From positions 744,001-808,000 of the forward strand of contig OY253675.1 in NCBI GenBank assembly GCA_958009085.1: a stretch of DNA of 64,000 nucleotides, in the 5' to 3' direction. This DNA comes from Protoeuglena noctilucae. Its lineage: Eukaryota. Positions 24,178-36,778 of this stretch are shown one piece after another. The notes beneath the pieces are model-generated. The model made no database searches and was not told the DNA's origin. It saw nothing but the letters and a program-made list of their open reading frames with translations. Numbering within the stretch: the first letter of the stretch is position 1; every line of letters starts with the position of its first letter. The position numbers and the translations under genes were made by a program.

Positions 24178-26904
24178 TCACATGACGACGCACTTCTCGT
24201 CCCGCCCGCGGGCGCCACCCGCAGAGCGATCCGCGTCCCGGAAATTGTGCGACACATTGCCATGAGGCGACCAGACCGTCTGCGCCTGAGGCCCGGGCCT
24301 GGGAGCGCCCGCTCCCGCGCCCCCAAACAGCGAAGGGTCCACCGCCACCGGACCAGCCGGCACGTACGGGGGCGGCTGTGGCGGCGACTGGTGCGCTACT
24401 TGCGGCGGCTGCGGGCCCGGTCCGCCGGACGTCAGCGCGGGCGCCATCTGTCCCCCCCGCAGGGAGGCGGTCTGCCCCTGCGGCCCCCAGCCCTGCGGTG
24501 CGTCTCGTATCGCCCCTTGTTGGGAAGCGTCGATGTAAGGGTTGCCCCCCACGTACGCCCCCTGCTGACCCGAATTGCTGCCCACTTTCGCAAACGTGTC
24601 CTTCAGCTTCGCCGTCCCCTCACGCCAGCTGGCCTTCACCCGGCTGAGGATGCTGGGAGCCGAGCGGTCGCCATGACCCGCGTCGATCTGCGGAGGGCCG
24701 ACCACGGCGACAGCATATCAGAACATGAGTGGAGTGGTGCCAGGCAATCTGTTCCATGCATTTGTGTAATACCAGCAAAGCCAAGCCATTCATTGCAACA
24801 GCCATCCGACTTCGCATCGCTGACGATGTTCGCACCCTCACCTGTACCCATCCCTGCTTTGTCCTATCCCCATCCCCATACCCTCATCCATCCCCGCACC
24901 CTCACCTGCCCCGCATCCCTGCCCTGCTGCCCCGCGCCCGCCTGGCGCCCGCCGCGTTCCGCCTCCGCCGCCGCCGCCGCTACCTCCCTGTCAAACTCCT
25001 CCTGCAGCTGCGCCGCCATCGCAGCATCCGCCTCAAACGCAGCGATCCGCGCCGCCGCCGCTGCCGCCTCCTCGTCACCCTGCCCACCGCCCTGCCCCAC
25101 CGCTCGCCGCGCCGCCTCCGCCTCCGCCTCGCGCCGCGACATCTCCAGAGCCATCCGCAGCTCCTCGTCCTCCTCATCCGTGCCCTCCTCCTCCGCTCCG
25201 GTCGCGGGCGCCTGGGCCGCGCCGGCGGGCGCATGGGACACCGGGGGCGAGGCTCGCGGGTGCGTGGCGGCGGGCGTGGCCCCCGCTCCCGGCGCTGGGT
25301 CTGCTGCCGCAGCGCCGACGTGCTGCTGGGTCAGCGGGTCTCCCGAGGGCCGGAACGACCCGTCAAAGAAGGCCGACTCCCCTCGGATGTCCACCAGGCT
25401 CTCCCATACGATGTTGGTCTCGCGATCGAACCCCTGGTCCGTCACCAGCAGGTACAGCCGCCCGTCGTGCTTGGTGGCCGTGGAAAAGTGGTTGTTCCGG
25501 AACAGCACCGACAGCCCGCCCTCGTCCACCAACGCGTGCAGGCGCTCCACCCCGTGGTGTGTCAGCTGCCCCGCCGTGGCGCTCAGCCACTCGCGCAGCA
25601 CCCGGGCCCGCCAGGCCTCCTCCTCGGTCACCCCGGGCGCTTGCCCCGCCTCGGCTCCCGCACTCGCAGCCGCGCCGCTGACTGCTTCTAACGCCGCGGC
25701 GCCCGCAGCCGCGCCCTCCTCGGTTGGGAGAGGCGACAGGCCCCTGCCCCCCTCAGACGCCTCCCTGTCTCGGCCCGCGGACGGCCGAGCGTCGAACCCC
25801 TCGCCCCGCCTCGTCTGCCGCTCCCGCATTTCCACCGCGACCCCGCCGTCCTCACCAACCGCCATGACCACCTCCACCTCCGCCCCCGCTACCTCGCCCG
25901 CCACCTCGCCCGCACCCGCGCCAATGTCCAGGGCCAGGAGGTCGGCGATGTCCGGAGCCTCAGAGTCCGGCACCTCCTCTGCCGCATCCGGGGCGCGGAT
26001 GACGGGGACGGTGGCGCCGGGGACGGCGCTGGGCAGGGCAGGGGCGGCCGGGGCGCCCCCCGTGGGTGTGACGGGCGGGGTGGGGAGCGTGCATCGCACG
26101 ATGAAGTTGACCACCTCGTTGTATGTCATGCTGCCGAGGGCCTTGTGCGAGTCGGCGTCCTGGGGGTCGCACACCCAGCCGTGCAGGAGGGGCACGTGCA
26201 CCAGGTCGAAGATCGCCACCTCGTCGGTGAACTCGAACGCGTCTGGAGACGTGAAGCGCACGTTGACGTCGATGCCCGTCGCGAGCTTCGGGACGGCCGA
26301 GAGCGCGTCGCTGACGTTCTGCTGCACGTTGGCCCGCTCCTCCTCCGTCAAGTCAGGACGACCCGCTGCAGCGACGCGGAAAGACGACTCGTCGCGCGTT
26401 GCCGATGCATTCACGCACTAGTCATGCGTCAAATGCATCGATTGGCGGCGTCACCTTGCTCGAGCATGAACTCGGCGACGCGGCGGATCACTGCGCTCTG
26501 CGCAATCTCCCCTGTGCCGGCAGGCAGCGTGATAGAGCCCCTGCGACAGACGAGGCGGTATACAATGGGTGTGATGAAAGTACACGCGCGTCATCCCGCA
26601 CAGAAGGGGCCCGGAGCGACCGCGGAGGTCGCACCCGTGCTCCTTGTACCCGACCTCCCTCAGCCTTCGCCTCACCTCAGCAGGAGCGCGTTGGCGATGG
26701 CCAGGAGAGGGCATGGACCGTTCCTGTTCTGGCAGATGAGCGGGACCTGCAGGGAACAGCGCGCAGCGGGGGCGTCACGCCCTTGGGGATCGACGAGCTT
26801 CCCGCTTCAATCCGCAGGTCCGCGCTCCATGTACTCACCACCCGACTGTAGTAGTCAACATACTTCACCACGTAGAAGTCTTCCTGGAGCTCTCCCTCGA
26901 CCAT
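24178..26904 (-). CDS. MINDY-1/2 (FAM63) deubiquitinase with UIM/MIU-like helices and C-terminal CaaX
   Basis: QNRNGPCPLLAIANALLL (catalytic Cys), LATGIDVNVRF, LLHGW, LFRNNHF (catalytic His), LYLLVTDQGF; EELRMALEMSR and DAAMAAQLQEE; ends CVVM*. Confidence 0.93.
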
Positions 26905-27265
26905 TTTGGGCCGCGGGCCCAGCCAAGCCCAGGGGGACCTAGCGGCGGGACGCGCCTGCTTTGGACACTGCAGGTAGGTCGGGTTATGCAGTCGATGCTC
27001 TGGGATGTGGCAGAGGTGCAGCGGGGCGGTGGGAAGAAGCCAGGCCGCGGGCCCGGGTACACCCTGCGCCAGGTCTCGTGTCACTGCCCGGCCACACGCC
27101 TCAGGCATCCGGCGCTGCATCCCCTCCGCCCAGATGGGCTGGCATGCTTCTGTTGTATGGATGCAACTGGGAGCTGCTTGCAACTCGCTGTCATAGGGAG
27201 CGTGAAAAAGTGTGCGCTGGTTTGAGCACAGGGAATCAGCTCGCAGCTGTCATCGCATCATCATC

Positions 27266-28655
27266 ATGAGCGCCAGTTGTCGAAGCGGCGTGGCCCGTGG
27301 GGCCGCCGATCTGCTGGGGAGAAGGGCACGGCGACGCATCCATCAAAGCCACCCGGCATCGGGGCGATGCCTCGCCGATGGCGCCGTTCCATGGCCCGTG
27401 ACGATGCGATGCAGAACGCGTTGCCATGCGTCCGTTGCGGGGCCCGAGACGACCCGGGGGAGCGACGCCGTGGGGCCGTCACGGCCCGTGCAGGTGGGCC
27501 ACCCTCTCTTGTGCCGACCTCTTGCGCGCTGGCGCTGAGTTCCAGGTTCTTCATAGCACCATTGCATCTCCGCTCACTCAGGTCGCGTTTTTCGACATGG
27601 ACAACACCGTCATCCGCTCCAACATCGTCAAGCCCTACGTGGTCCTGCGTACGGCAGAGCTGGTGCGTCAGCAGGGGGCGTCACTTGCGCCTTATGATAG
27701 ATGTTCGCGTATGCGTCAAGTTCTGCTGACCTCTGGCAATCTCACGTCCTGCGATGCCCCCCCACAGTCTCCTCCCGACGTGGCGTGGTTTGTGCCAGTG
27801 ATGCTCCTGCGGGTGCTGCTGTACCTGGCCCTCGACTCGTACAGCCGCACCCTCTTCAACCAAGTCTTCTACCGGTTGTATCAAGGCCGGGACGCCTCTA
27901 ATGAGGCCAAGGTGAGAGCCCAGCCCTTCGGCCTCCAGCACCACCCACCCACGCACTGCTACCATCGCCGTGGCTGACGAATGGCAATGCCTGTCGTGCA
28001 TTGACGCAGGAGAGGGACGCAGGGATCGTCTTTGAGCGGTATTACAGGCCCAACGTGCTCCCGCAAGCCCAAGCACGCATCCGGGAGCTGCAGGACGCTG
28101 GCGCAAGGGTGGTGCTCGTCACAGGTGCGTGCGCGAGCCTCGATCGGCTGTCTGCGCATGTATGGCGTCTGTCTGTGGCTGGCGAAGCGTTGATGTGCAT
28201 ATGGATGCCTCCACAGGGGCGCTGGATTTCATGGTGAGGCCGGTCGCGGCGGCGTTGGGAGTTGATCACGTGATTGCCACGGTGCTCGAGGAGGAGGATG
28301 GTAGGTTCACTGGCGGTATTGTCGCGTCGCCCGTCGCCGACGAGGAGAAGGCTCGCAGGCGAGGCATTGCACAGCACGTTTGGCGCCGCATCCGGCCATG
28401 CACGCGGAATCGCACCTGCTTACGTTCAATGCATCGTCGTCCCCTTCATGCCTGCTCAGTAACATGCGCCGCAGGATGCGGGCGTGGGCAGAGAAGGAGG
28501 GCGTCGACCTTGCCCGCTGCCACGCGTATGGGGACTCGTATGGAGATCTCAGCATGCTTGAGCTCGTGGGCGAGGCGTTCACAGTATCTCCGGACGCTAG
28601 GTTAAGGCGGATCGCCGAGGAGCGGGGCTGGGGCGTCTTACCCTGGCGAGACTGA
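27266..28655 (+). CDS. HAD subfamily IB hydrolase (SerB-like) with N-terminal transit-like extension
   Basis: Motif I AFFDMDNT, motif II VVLVTG, motif III Lys (EEK), motif IV AYGDSYGDLSML; 5 introns. Confidence 0.88.
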
Positions 28656-28924
28656 CTGGCGTGGAGCGTGGAAGACCAGTTTTTGGCCCTTCCTTGCACG
28701 GTTCCCGCGCAATCATCGTAGAGACGCGTGCTTTGTCGTCTGCGTGATCTCGCCGCCAGATCAACCTCGCCCTATGCTGTGATAGGTCCCTTCAAAGCAT
28801 AACTCGGTTTCCTTAGGGGCTCACTGCGGAAACGTTGACAGCTCTGTGAGCTCCACTGAACTAAGAGTGCGTTGCTCAGGCTTGGCGAGCTGCGAGTGGT
28901 GGAGGGCGACCTCAGGGACGCGAA

Positions 28925-31900
28925 ATGACCAGCCAAACTCCGCAAGGTCCACGCATCGGTCAGCTCTTCGATAACTTCAGCTTCCTGGACAAGGCGAAGG
29001 ACGCAAGAACTTCAGCTGCCAGCGCCGCGGCAACGGAGTCGGTACGTTGACGCGAGGGCAGGCTTTCGCACATCGGCAAGGTGTGGCGTATGTTCATCAC
29101 TGGCTTACCGGCACCCGTCCGCGCAGCTTGAGGATGACGACGTGGAGCTGTTGACTGCCGGACGCGATGCGCGTGGCGCGGGGAACCCGGGGAGCTCTCG
29201 CCCCTCGAGTCGCCCCGACCGGGCGGGAAGCCCCGTGCGAGGTGCGTGCGCGCCGGGGCATTCACGCGAGGCCTCCAGCGATGTCTGTGTCTGCCTAGCG
29301 TGGCGCCGGGGCTGACAATGGCGGCCCCCGACTCATCCCCTGCAGCGCGCCCACCGGTGATCGTCACTGACGATGAGGACGAGGGCGGGAAGCAGCCTGG
29401 GGCCTCGCCTGGGGCTGGAAATGGAGAGGCCGATGAAGCCGATGATGAGGATCTGTTTGATCTCCCGGGCAAGTCAGGCTTCGCTGCACGCATCTGTTCC
29501 AGCTTCGGCCCATTCCATGCACCCATCCGCGATACTCGGCGCCCGCAGTCATGAGGCGCGCATTGGACATGTCGAAGGCGTTGCAGAGCGCCGCTGCGGA
29601 GGCGCCGACCGGGCTGGACGCGGGCTCGGACGACACAGTGCGCGTCAACGTGACGGCACTGCGCGACAACCTGGGCAGCGGCATGGTGACGATGGCCGAT
29701 ATCATCAAAGCCTGCGGCGAGCAGTTGTCCGTGCTAAAGCCCTACCAGGTCGTCGGGGTCTCCTTCCTCACCCTTCTCCTCAAGGTGCCTCACTGCGCCC
29801 GTTGGCACCCACTTTAGTCCTTTGTGCAGCACCCCCGCGCAGCCAGAGAGCCCAGCGCACGTCTTTGCCCGCAGAACGATATCCCGGGCGTCATCCTGGC
29901 CGATGAGATGGTGAAGAGCGCGCGTTTGCGATCACTCACTATCCGTTGCAGGCGGGTGGTCGTGCGCAGCGCCAGGTGCCATTCTTATGCGCGAATCCCG
30001 ACTCGCTCGCAGGGCCTGGGCAAGACCGTGCAACTGATTGCCTTCCTCGGAGTGGCCCGCGAGCTTTTCGAGGAACGGGGCCCGCACCTGGTCATATGCC
30101 CCGTGTCGCTTCTGGACAACTGGGAGAGGGAGGTACAGCAGTGGTGCCCGAGCATGGAAGTCAGGTGCGTGTGGTGCACTGCAAAGCTCTTTCACCCGCG
30201 CGAGCCGCAGCTGATAGCCTGCAGAGCTTGCACGTGCTGTGCGATGGGACAAGGCTGCTGCTGTGCTTTGTGCTTGGGGCCATGGCAGCCTGGGGAGGGT
30301 AGCCAAGTCTTTTGCGGTGCGCAGGGTCATGTACGGGGACAAGAAGGCGCAGTTGGAGTTGGATGTGGAGGAGTACTCGGCGTGGCTGGAGGACGGGGGC
30401 GTCGCGACGGGTGAGGCGCTCACGACTCACGTATGACCCATGAACAGGGGTGCCCCGTTCATCTGCCCCGTTCATCTGCAGCTGGGTGACACGGCATCAG
30501 TGTTTTCAAATTCGAATCTCGTTTCGCAGGAGAGGACCCCCCGTTCGACATTGTGCTGGTGCCCTACTCGGTGTTTGAGCGCGCGACCAGCAAGAAGGAC
30601 CGGGACCTGCTGCACTCCATGAGCTGGTCCCACGTCATCCTGGACGAGGCGCACGCCGCCAAGAACCCCAACAGCCAGCGGTGAGAGCGGATAACATTAG
30701 CAGCAGCATGGCACAGGCAAAACTTTTTCGCAGCGACGTGATTGCTGGTCCCACCCATTGCATATGCTGTTATCTAGTCTGCTGCTAGTCTGCCGTAGCT
30801 GCAGCTCGCTCGCTCGCATGCGCCGCGTGCATGAGTACTACTAACATAAGAAGGTCGACTTCACTCGCTGCCGTCGTTGCGCTTGGCTGCAGCACAAGGA
30901 GAATCCGTGCCTTGTCGGACAAGTGCCGGCGCCGAGTGCTGGTGACGGGCACGCCCCTGCAGAACAACCTGCAGGAGCTCCAGGCGCTGCTGGAGCTGAT
31001 CCTGCCGGAGGTGGCGGGGCACGTGGCGGAGGCGGCGGCCGGCGACGACGACGACGACGCGGTGAGGGGCGATGCGCAGTGCGGGCAGACTGCTGTTGAA
31101 TGGGTGGCAAGTGTATTGGCATGGCATGGGTGCTTGCATGGGGAGGACGCACACCCGCCCTGTCTGTTTACTTGCTGTTCTTCGGTGCAATGTTGTTGAT
31201 GTATTGCACAGTGCGTGTTGTGTCGATAGTACCGCGAAGTGCTCCCTCTCTCGTGCTCCCTGACAGGTGGTGGAGCGCCTGCGCCGGGTGCTGGGGTCGG
31301 TGATGCTCCGTCGATTGAAGGCCGAGGTGGCGCAGCAGCTGACACGCAAGGAGCACGTGGTGGAGATGCTGGCGATGGGGGAGCGGCAGGCGGGGATCTA
31401 CAGGGAGGCGGTGGACAAGCTGAGGCAGAGGTGAGAGGAGGCGGGCTTTTGCAGGTTAGGTAATGACTGGTGGCGGGTCGCGGGAGAGATGAGCTGCAGG
31501 AGAGATGAGCTGTTGTTACTGCCCATACAGCATGGGCGGCTGCGGTGGGTGGCAGGGTAGCAACGGGCGCGCTCTGCGCCCCTGTTGCCTGCTGTGGCTG
31601 TGCGGGCCCCTCCGCTTGCTGCGATACGCCTGTCCCTGGCGCTTGGCCGCAACGCGACAGTCCGTGAGTGCTTGGCTGTGTCATTGGTCGTTGCAGGGTG
31701 ATGCGGCAGACGGAGGAGGCGGCGGAGCGGGGAGGGAAGGCCGGGAAGCGCAAGAGGGTGGACGGACTCGACTTAGAGGACTGGGAGGGGCGGCTGAGGG
31801 AAATGGGGGGCGCGGTGAGGGCTGCGGGGCACTGACGTGGCTACATTGCATGGTCAGTGTGCTGATGCTTGGAGTCGACACACCCGGCCTTGACTGCAGT

Positions 31901-33589
31901 GGCTGTTGCAGCGCTTGTGCTTCTAGCCAGCACACTTGACCTCGCGTGTGCTCGTGCTTGCTCAGAGCCAACACACTCACTCACCTGCTCATCCACTCAC
32001 CCCGGTGCCTTGCCCCCAGGAGGTGAACAACGTGTTTGTGCACCTCCGCAAGATCTCCTACCACCCCCTGCTGGTCCGGAGCCTGTACCCCGACGACCGG
32101 GCCCGGGAGGTGGCGCGCAAGGCGAGGGGCCTCGGTCTGTTTGGAGACCAGGCGACGGAGAAGATGGCAGAGGAGCACGTGCTGGGGCTGAAGGGTGAGC
32201 GAGTGGATGACACGCATGTGCACCTGTGATGGGGCTGTCGGGTGAGTCGGCGGCTGGCTGTTGGGCGAGTGGCATGTAGACAAGCGATGGGGATGGCTGG
32301 TGAGTAAGGGGCTGTCGGGCGAGGGAATGGATGACACGCATGTGATGGGGCTGTCGGGTGAGGGAGTGGGGGACTGTTGCGTGAGTGGGCCATACGCATG
32401 TGAAGGGGCTGGAAGGTGAGTAAGGGGCTGTCGGGCGAGTGAGTGGATGGCGCACGTGTGATGGTGCTGTCGGGTGAGCGAGCGGATGACACACACGTGA
32501 TATGGCTGTGCCTCGCGCACGCATCTACCCATCACGTATCCACCCACGTTCCACCATCGCCCTCGCAGACTTCGAGATCCACTCCCTGTGCCTCTCGCAT
32601 CCCAGGGTCCTGGGTGCCTATACCCTCGACCCCTCCTCGTTCCTGGAGTCGGGCAAAGTCGCACGCCTGGTCGCCATTCTGGACGACCTGCGCTCTCGCG
32701 GATCGCGGCCCCTCATCTTCTCCCAATGGACCTCCATGCTCAGCATCATCGAGGCCGTCCTTAATCAGAAGGCGAGGCAGAGCAAGGATCGCTGTTGATG
32801 GGCCATTCACGCACAGACGGCGACCGCGGTGCGTGACACGGCGCAGCGGTCAACTTGCGCCAGCTGGTATCAACGTCGGGCCCTCCGGCGCTCGCAGGGC
32901 CTTTCCTATGTGCGCCTGGACGGCTCGACGGCGGGGCAGGACCGCCAGGCTCTCTGCGACCGCTTCAACGCCCCCGGTTCGGACGTTTTTGCGTTCCTGC
33001 TGACCACGCGCGCGGGCGGGGTGGGGCTCAACCTCACCGGCGCGGACACTGTCATCTTGCACGACGTGGACTTCAACCCCCAGGTCGACCGGCAGGCCGA
33101 GGACCGGGCGCACAGGCGAGTGAAACAGTGTCGGGCTGAGAGGGTGGGGGAGGCGAAGCGTCACAAGGTGCCCCTGTCATGAACAAAACGGCTCGTGTTG
33201 TTCGTACCCCCGCAGGCTGGGCCAGGAGAAGCCAGTGACGGTCTACCGCCTCATCTCTAAGGGGACAGGTGAGAAAGCGAGTGACGCATGATACGTGGAG
33301 GTGGCAAGCAGTGCCGCAAGCATCCCTGCCATGCACCCGCAGTACTAACCACCGCACGACCTGGATGCCACCGTGTGCCATGCCTGGCAACAGCCTGCTC
33401 CGTTTCCTACTTCCCGCAGTGGACGAGGATATCTACCGCATCTCCCAGGACAAGCTGAATTTGAACGAGCTCGTCTTGGGCGACGCCGGCCGCGAGGGTT
33501 CGGCGAGCGAGGGGCGGGGCGGCAGGGACGCCAACTCCCGGCTGATCGGCGACATCCTCGCGCAGCTACTGACGCGGTCCCAGGACTGA
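28925..33589 (+). CDS. SNF2-family chromatin remodeller, SMARCAD1/ETL1/Fun30-like
   Basis: [118 protein letters not shown]. The 5' exons at 28925 and 29128 are phase-compatible. Confidence 0.92.
32184..32510 (+). repeat. Intronic degenerate minisatellite derived from the exon/5' splice junction
   Basis: About 6-7 variants of ggggctgtcgggtgagcgagtggatgacacgcatgtgat, resembling the real junction ggggctgaagg|gtgagcgagtggatgacacgcatgtg. Confidence 0.8.
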
Positions 33590-33854
33590 CGCGGACGGCA
33601 TGACAGTGAGCGTATGCGTCGCTAGAGCCGCGATGGGCGCTGCTAGGGTGCTAGGCGGCTAGGTGGTGGGCTGACAACCCGCAATGGCCCGGCAGATTGA
33701 AGACGCGGACGGAGAAGCGGGCACCCGCGGGAGCGAGGCACAGCATTGCAAAGTCAGTACGATACGATACTAAATATCCGTTTCTCGGTGGCTGCGGGCG
33801 CTGGCAGTGCAGAGCTAGCTGCTGTCGACACGCATGCCTGGCCAGCATGCATCG

Positions 33855-35274
33855 TCAGTGGAAGCAGCCCAGGCCGCCGCAGATGGAGAAGAAGAGCACG
33901 ATGAAGACGAGGATGATGAGCAGGACGACGAACAGCTTGACCTTGAGGTTCTGCGGGGCAGGGCACGGCACGAGGGGTGCGGGTCCTGCAGCACGTTCGA
34001 TGCGACCACCCCGGCAGTCACCAGACGCGCAACATGGCCAGGCTAGCTCGCGACGTTGCTGCAGAGTCGTCGCGAATGCCACGCATTCCTATCCTCTCCG
34101 TATCACTGCTGCCCAGCCAGCCCATATATCAAGCGACGCCCATCGCCGGGGACCCACCTGGGTCCACAGTCCCCTCCGCACGCGCCGCGAGTACTTCTGA
34201 AACGACGACGCCTGCACCTGCATCTCCTCCGCCCGGTCCTGGATCTGCTCGAGGTTTTCTCCCCGGCGGATGACGCTGTCGATGTTCATCGCCATGACGC
34301 GCTTCGTGCGCTCTATCTCGTCCTTCACCTCCGCCACCCGCGCGTCCGCGCCCCGTCCCTGATGAGACACAGAAAGACAATCTTTGCGCAGCTCTGAGAG
34401 GTGGGCTATGATAGATCTCAGCAGACCGACCCTGGCAGGCAGGCGAACAGTCTCCAGGCACTCCAGGCATTGCAAGAGTGCCCCATTCACCCGGATGGCC
34501 CCGGCCTCCTCCTCCAGCACGTCCCGGAACTTGCTGAAGTCCTCCGCGACCTGCCCGCCTCTCAGCACGGAGTCGACCGTCACGGCCCAGTACGTGCTCG
34601 CGAACCGACGCTCCACGCGGCTCAGGTAGGCTGCGGGGAGGGCAGACGGGGACATCCTCTGCATGGTCGAGAAAGCTGTTCACACGCTTGGCAGGACCGG
34701 AGCCGCAGGCAGCCTCTCACTGACGGCCTCGGCCGGGTCGACGGCATGCGACTCGATGATGACCCCGAACATCACGAAGCCGGCGTTGGGGTACTCGCGG
34801 GGCTTGCAGTAGGCCAGGTTGTCCGGTCCGACGCCGAGCTTGACCGTCCGGTACGAACTGGCGGAGCCCTGCGAGGGTGTGGCGCGTTTTGGTACGAGTG
34901 GCGCCAGGGTGGCCGCTGCCGCAACGCCGCTGCCTTGGATGCCATCCTAGGTCACGTACCTGCTGTCCGGTGTGCTTCATGATGTCCGCCGCCGTTCGCC
35001 GGGGGTCCCACAGGGCGGGGCTGAGCGCGAGCGACACGTCCGCCCACACCGCGGTGGGAGACAAAGGAGAGCCCACCCAGGCGTAGATGACCCCCCTCCC
35101 TTCGTTGAGAACGCCGCCGGCCCCGGGCGCGGCCGGGGCGCCCGCCCTTGGCGGCATGGGCTGCGGCGCGCCCGCGGGCTCGGAACGGTGGCGGAAGAGC
35201 CCGCCGAGGAACTCCAGTGCTCGCTGCGCTTGCTCTCGTAGCCGTAACCCCTCTCCACGATTCCCGTCGGCCAT
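33855..35274 (-). CDS. VAMP7/VAMP71-72-like R-SNARE with divergent longin-like N-terminus
   Basis: VAEVKDEIERTKRVMAMNIDSVIRRGENLEQIQDRAEEM (R layer) and C-terminal TM LFVVLLIILVFIVLFFSICGG. Confidence 0.88.
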
Positions 35275-35517
35275 CGCCGGGGCAGCGGCCGGCAAACGGA
35301 TCGCGGACGACCGGGAAAGCCAGCACTCAAGTCGGCTCGACAATAACAGGGCCGATGGCTCACACGCGACCCGCGAGACTTAATTACTACGTCTGTTTTT
35401 AGATAAAAGTCGTCGTCGACGCTCCAAGCCATCTGACGGTGCAGGTGCCCTCGTTTCCCCCCCTTACACACTCGCTAGGGCCCACCAGCGCGCTCTTCAA
35501 GCCTCAAATGAGCGTAC

Positions 35518-36435
35518 CTACGGCCTCCGGCCAGCACCCTCTATCCTCCTGACCTCGTCCAGGAACCTCAGCATCGAGTGCTCCGCGAGGGCCGTCTTCT
35601 GGAACCACTCCAGCAGCTGCGCGCCGGCAGACACGCCCTCCCGCGGCCCCTCCTCGCCAGCTGGCCCCTCCACGTCACCCACCATGAGCTCGCGGAAGCG
35701 CCCTCGGGGGTCCTCCACCCCTGGTCCCGGCAAATGTGCCGCCCCCTCACACGCACGCAGCCGCGGCACCACGTCGCCCCGCGCAGCCCACACGCGCGCG
35801 TGCTGCATCAGGCGCCCGCTGGCCGCGCGGAAGGCCCGGCAGAACCCCGGGTCCCCCACGGGCGGCGCCCCAAACGTCACCACCGATGCCGGCAGCTGCG
35901 AGGGGCCCCGCAGGAACTCGAGCGCCGCGAGCGTGGCGGAGACGCCGCCGAGACTGTGCCCCGCGAAGACCACCCGGCGGATGCCGAGGCTGTCGCGCAG
36001 CGTCGTCTGGATGCTCTGCCGCAGGCGCTCGGCGAGGCCCCTGTAATGGTTGGCGAACCCTGAAAACGTCCGGCCCGCCGGGGATCCTGCAATTTCGAGT
36101 TCCACGTCGGTGGAGGCGGGGCGGCTCTCTCCGTTCGACGAGAAGACGCGGCGCAGGGCGTTTGCCGCCCAGCGGATGGGGAGCTCGGCCAGCATCGCCA
36201 CGTCCGCGATGGAAGCCGTCCCGCGGAACGCCACGAGAAGGGCGTCGTCCCTCTGCCTGACGATGAAGCGCGTCATCTGCTGCAGCGGAGGGCCGGTCGA
36301 GGCCCCGGACGTCGTGGCCGTGAAAGGGGCGCGCAGGATCGGCAAGTCGATCTCCGTCACATGTCCTGGGCCGCCGCGCTGGGAGTAGCACTCGAGACAG
36401 AGCTCCGCGGCGACGACGACGTCGTTGTCCTCCAT
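35518..36435 (-). CDS. Class 3 lipase (alpha/beta hydrolase), intronless
   Basis: LLVAFRGT, FAGHSLGG (GxSxG), VTFGAPPVGD, DVVPRL and a late His (EHSM); single 305-aa ORF. Confidence 0.9.
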   Translation of the reverse strand: MEDNDVVVAAELCLECYSQRGGPGHVTEIDLPILRAPFTATTSGASTGPPLQQMTRFIVRQRDDALLVAFRGTASIADVAMLAELPIRWAANALRRVFSSNGESRPASTDVELEIAGSPAGRTFSGFANHYRGLAERLRQSIQTTLRDSLGIRRVVFAGHSLGGVSATLAALEFLRGPSQLPASVVTFGAPPVGDPGFCRAFRAASGRLMQHARVWAARGDVVPRLRACEGAAHLPGPGVEDPRGRFRELMVGDVEGPAGEEGPREGVSAGAQLLEWFQKTALAEHSMLRFLDEVRRIEGAGRRP

Positions 36436-36778
36436 CCCTGCGCTCGAGAGGACTTCTTGCCGTGTGGAGCATCCGTTATTTGCTTAGGAGAAAAGATCTC
36501 GAGGCAAAAGACGCCGCGCTCGCCTTCATTGACCGAGGCTCATGTGGCTTGTACCCCAGGCTTATGTGGGATTGGCGGAGGGACGAGCTTTTCTTGGCAG
36601 AGTGGGTCACCGACAGCGCGTTATGCTCTACCGGACACTGTGGCAGTCATCTGAGTCCGTCAACGTCTTCAAATGCGTCCGGAATCACAATAGTCAAGTA
36701 ACTGACAAGTTGAGAGCTCTAGGCAGGCTTCCAGACAGCCAGGTTTGCCAGCCAGCCTGGTGTCGGTGACGTGGCGCC

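Noticed and set aside
24178..24192. C-terminal CaaX (CVVM) on the MINDY deubiquitinase
   Set aside because: A CaaX end is already a known feature of MINDY-1/2 homologues, so it is not novel.
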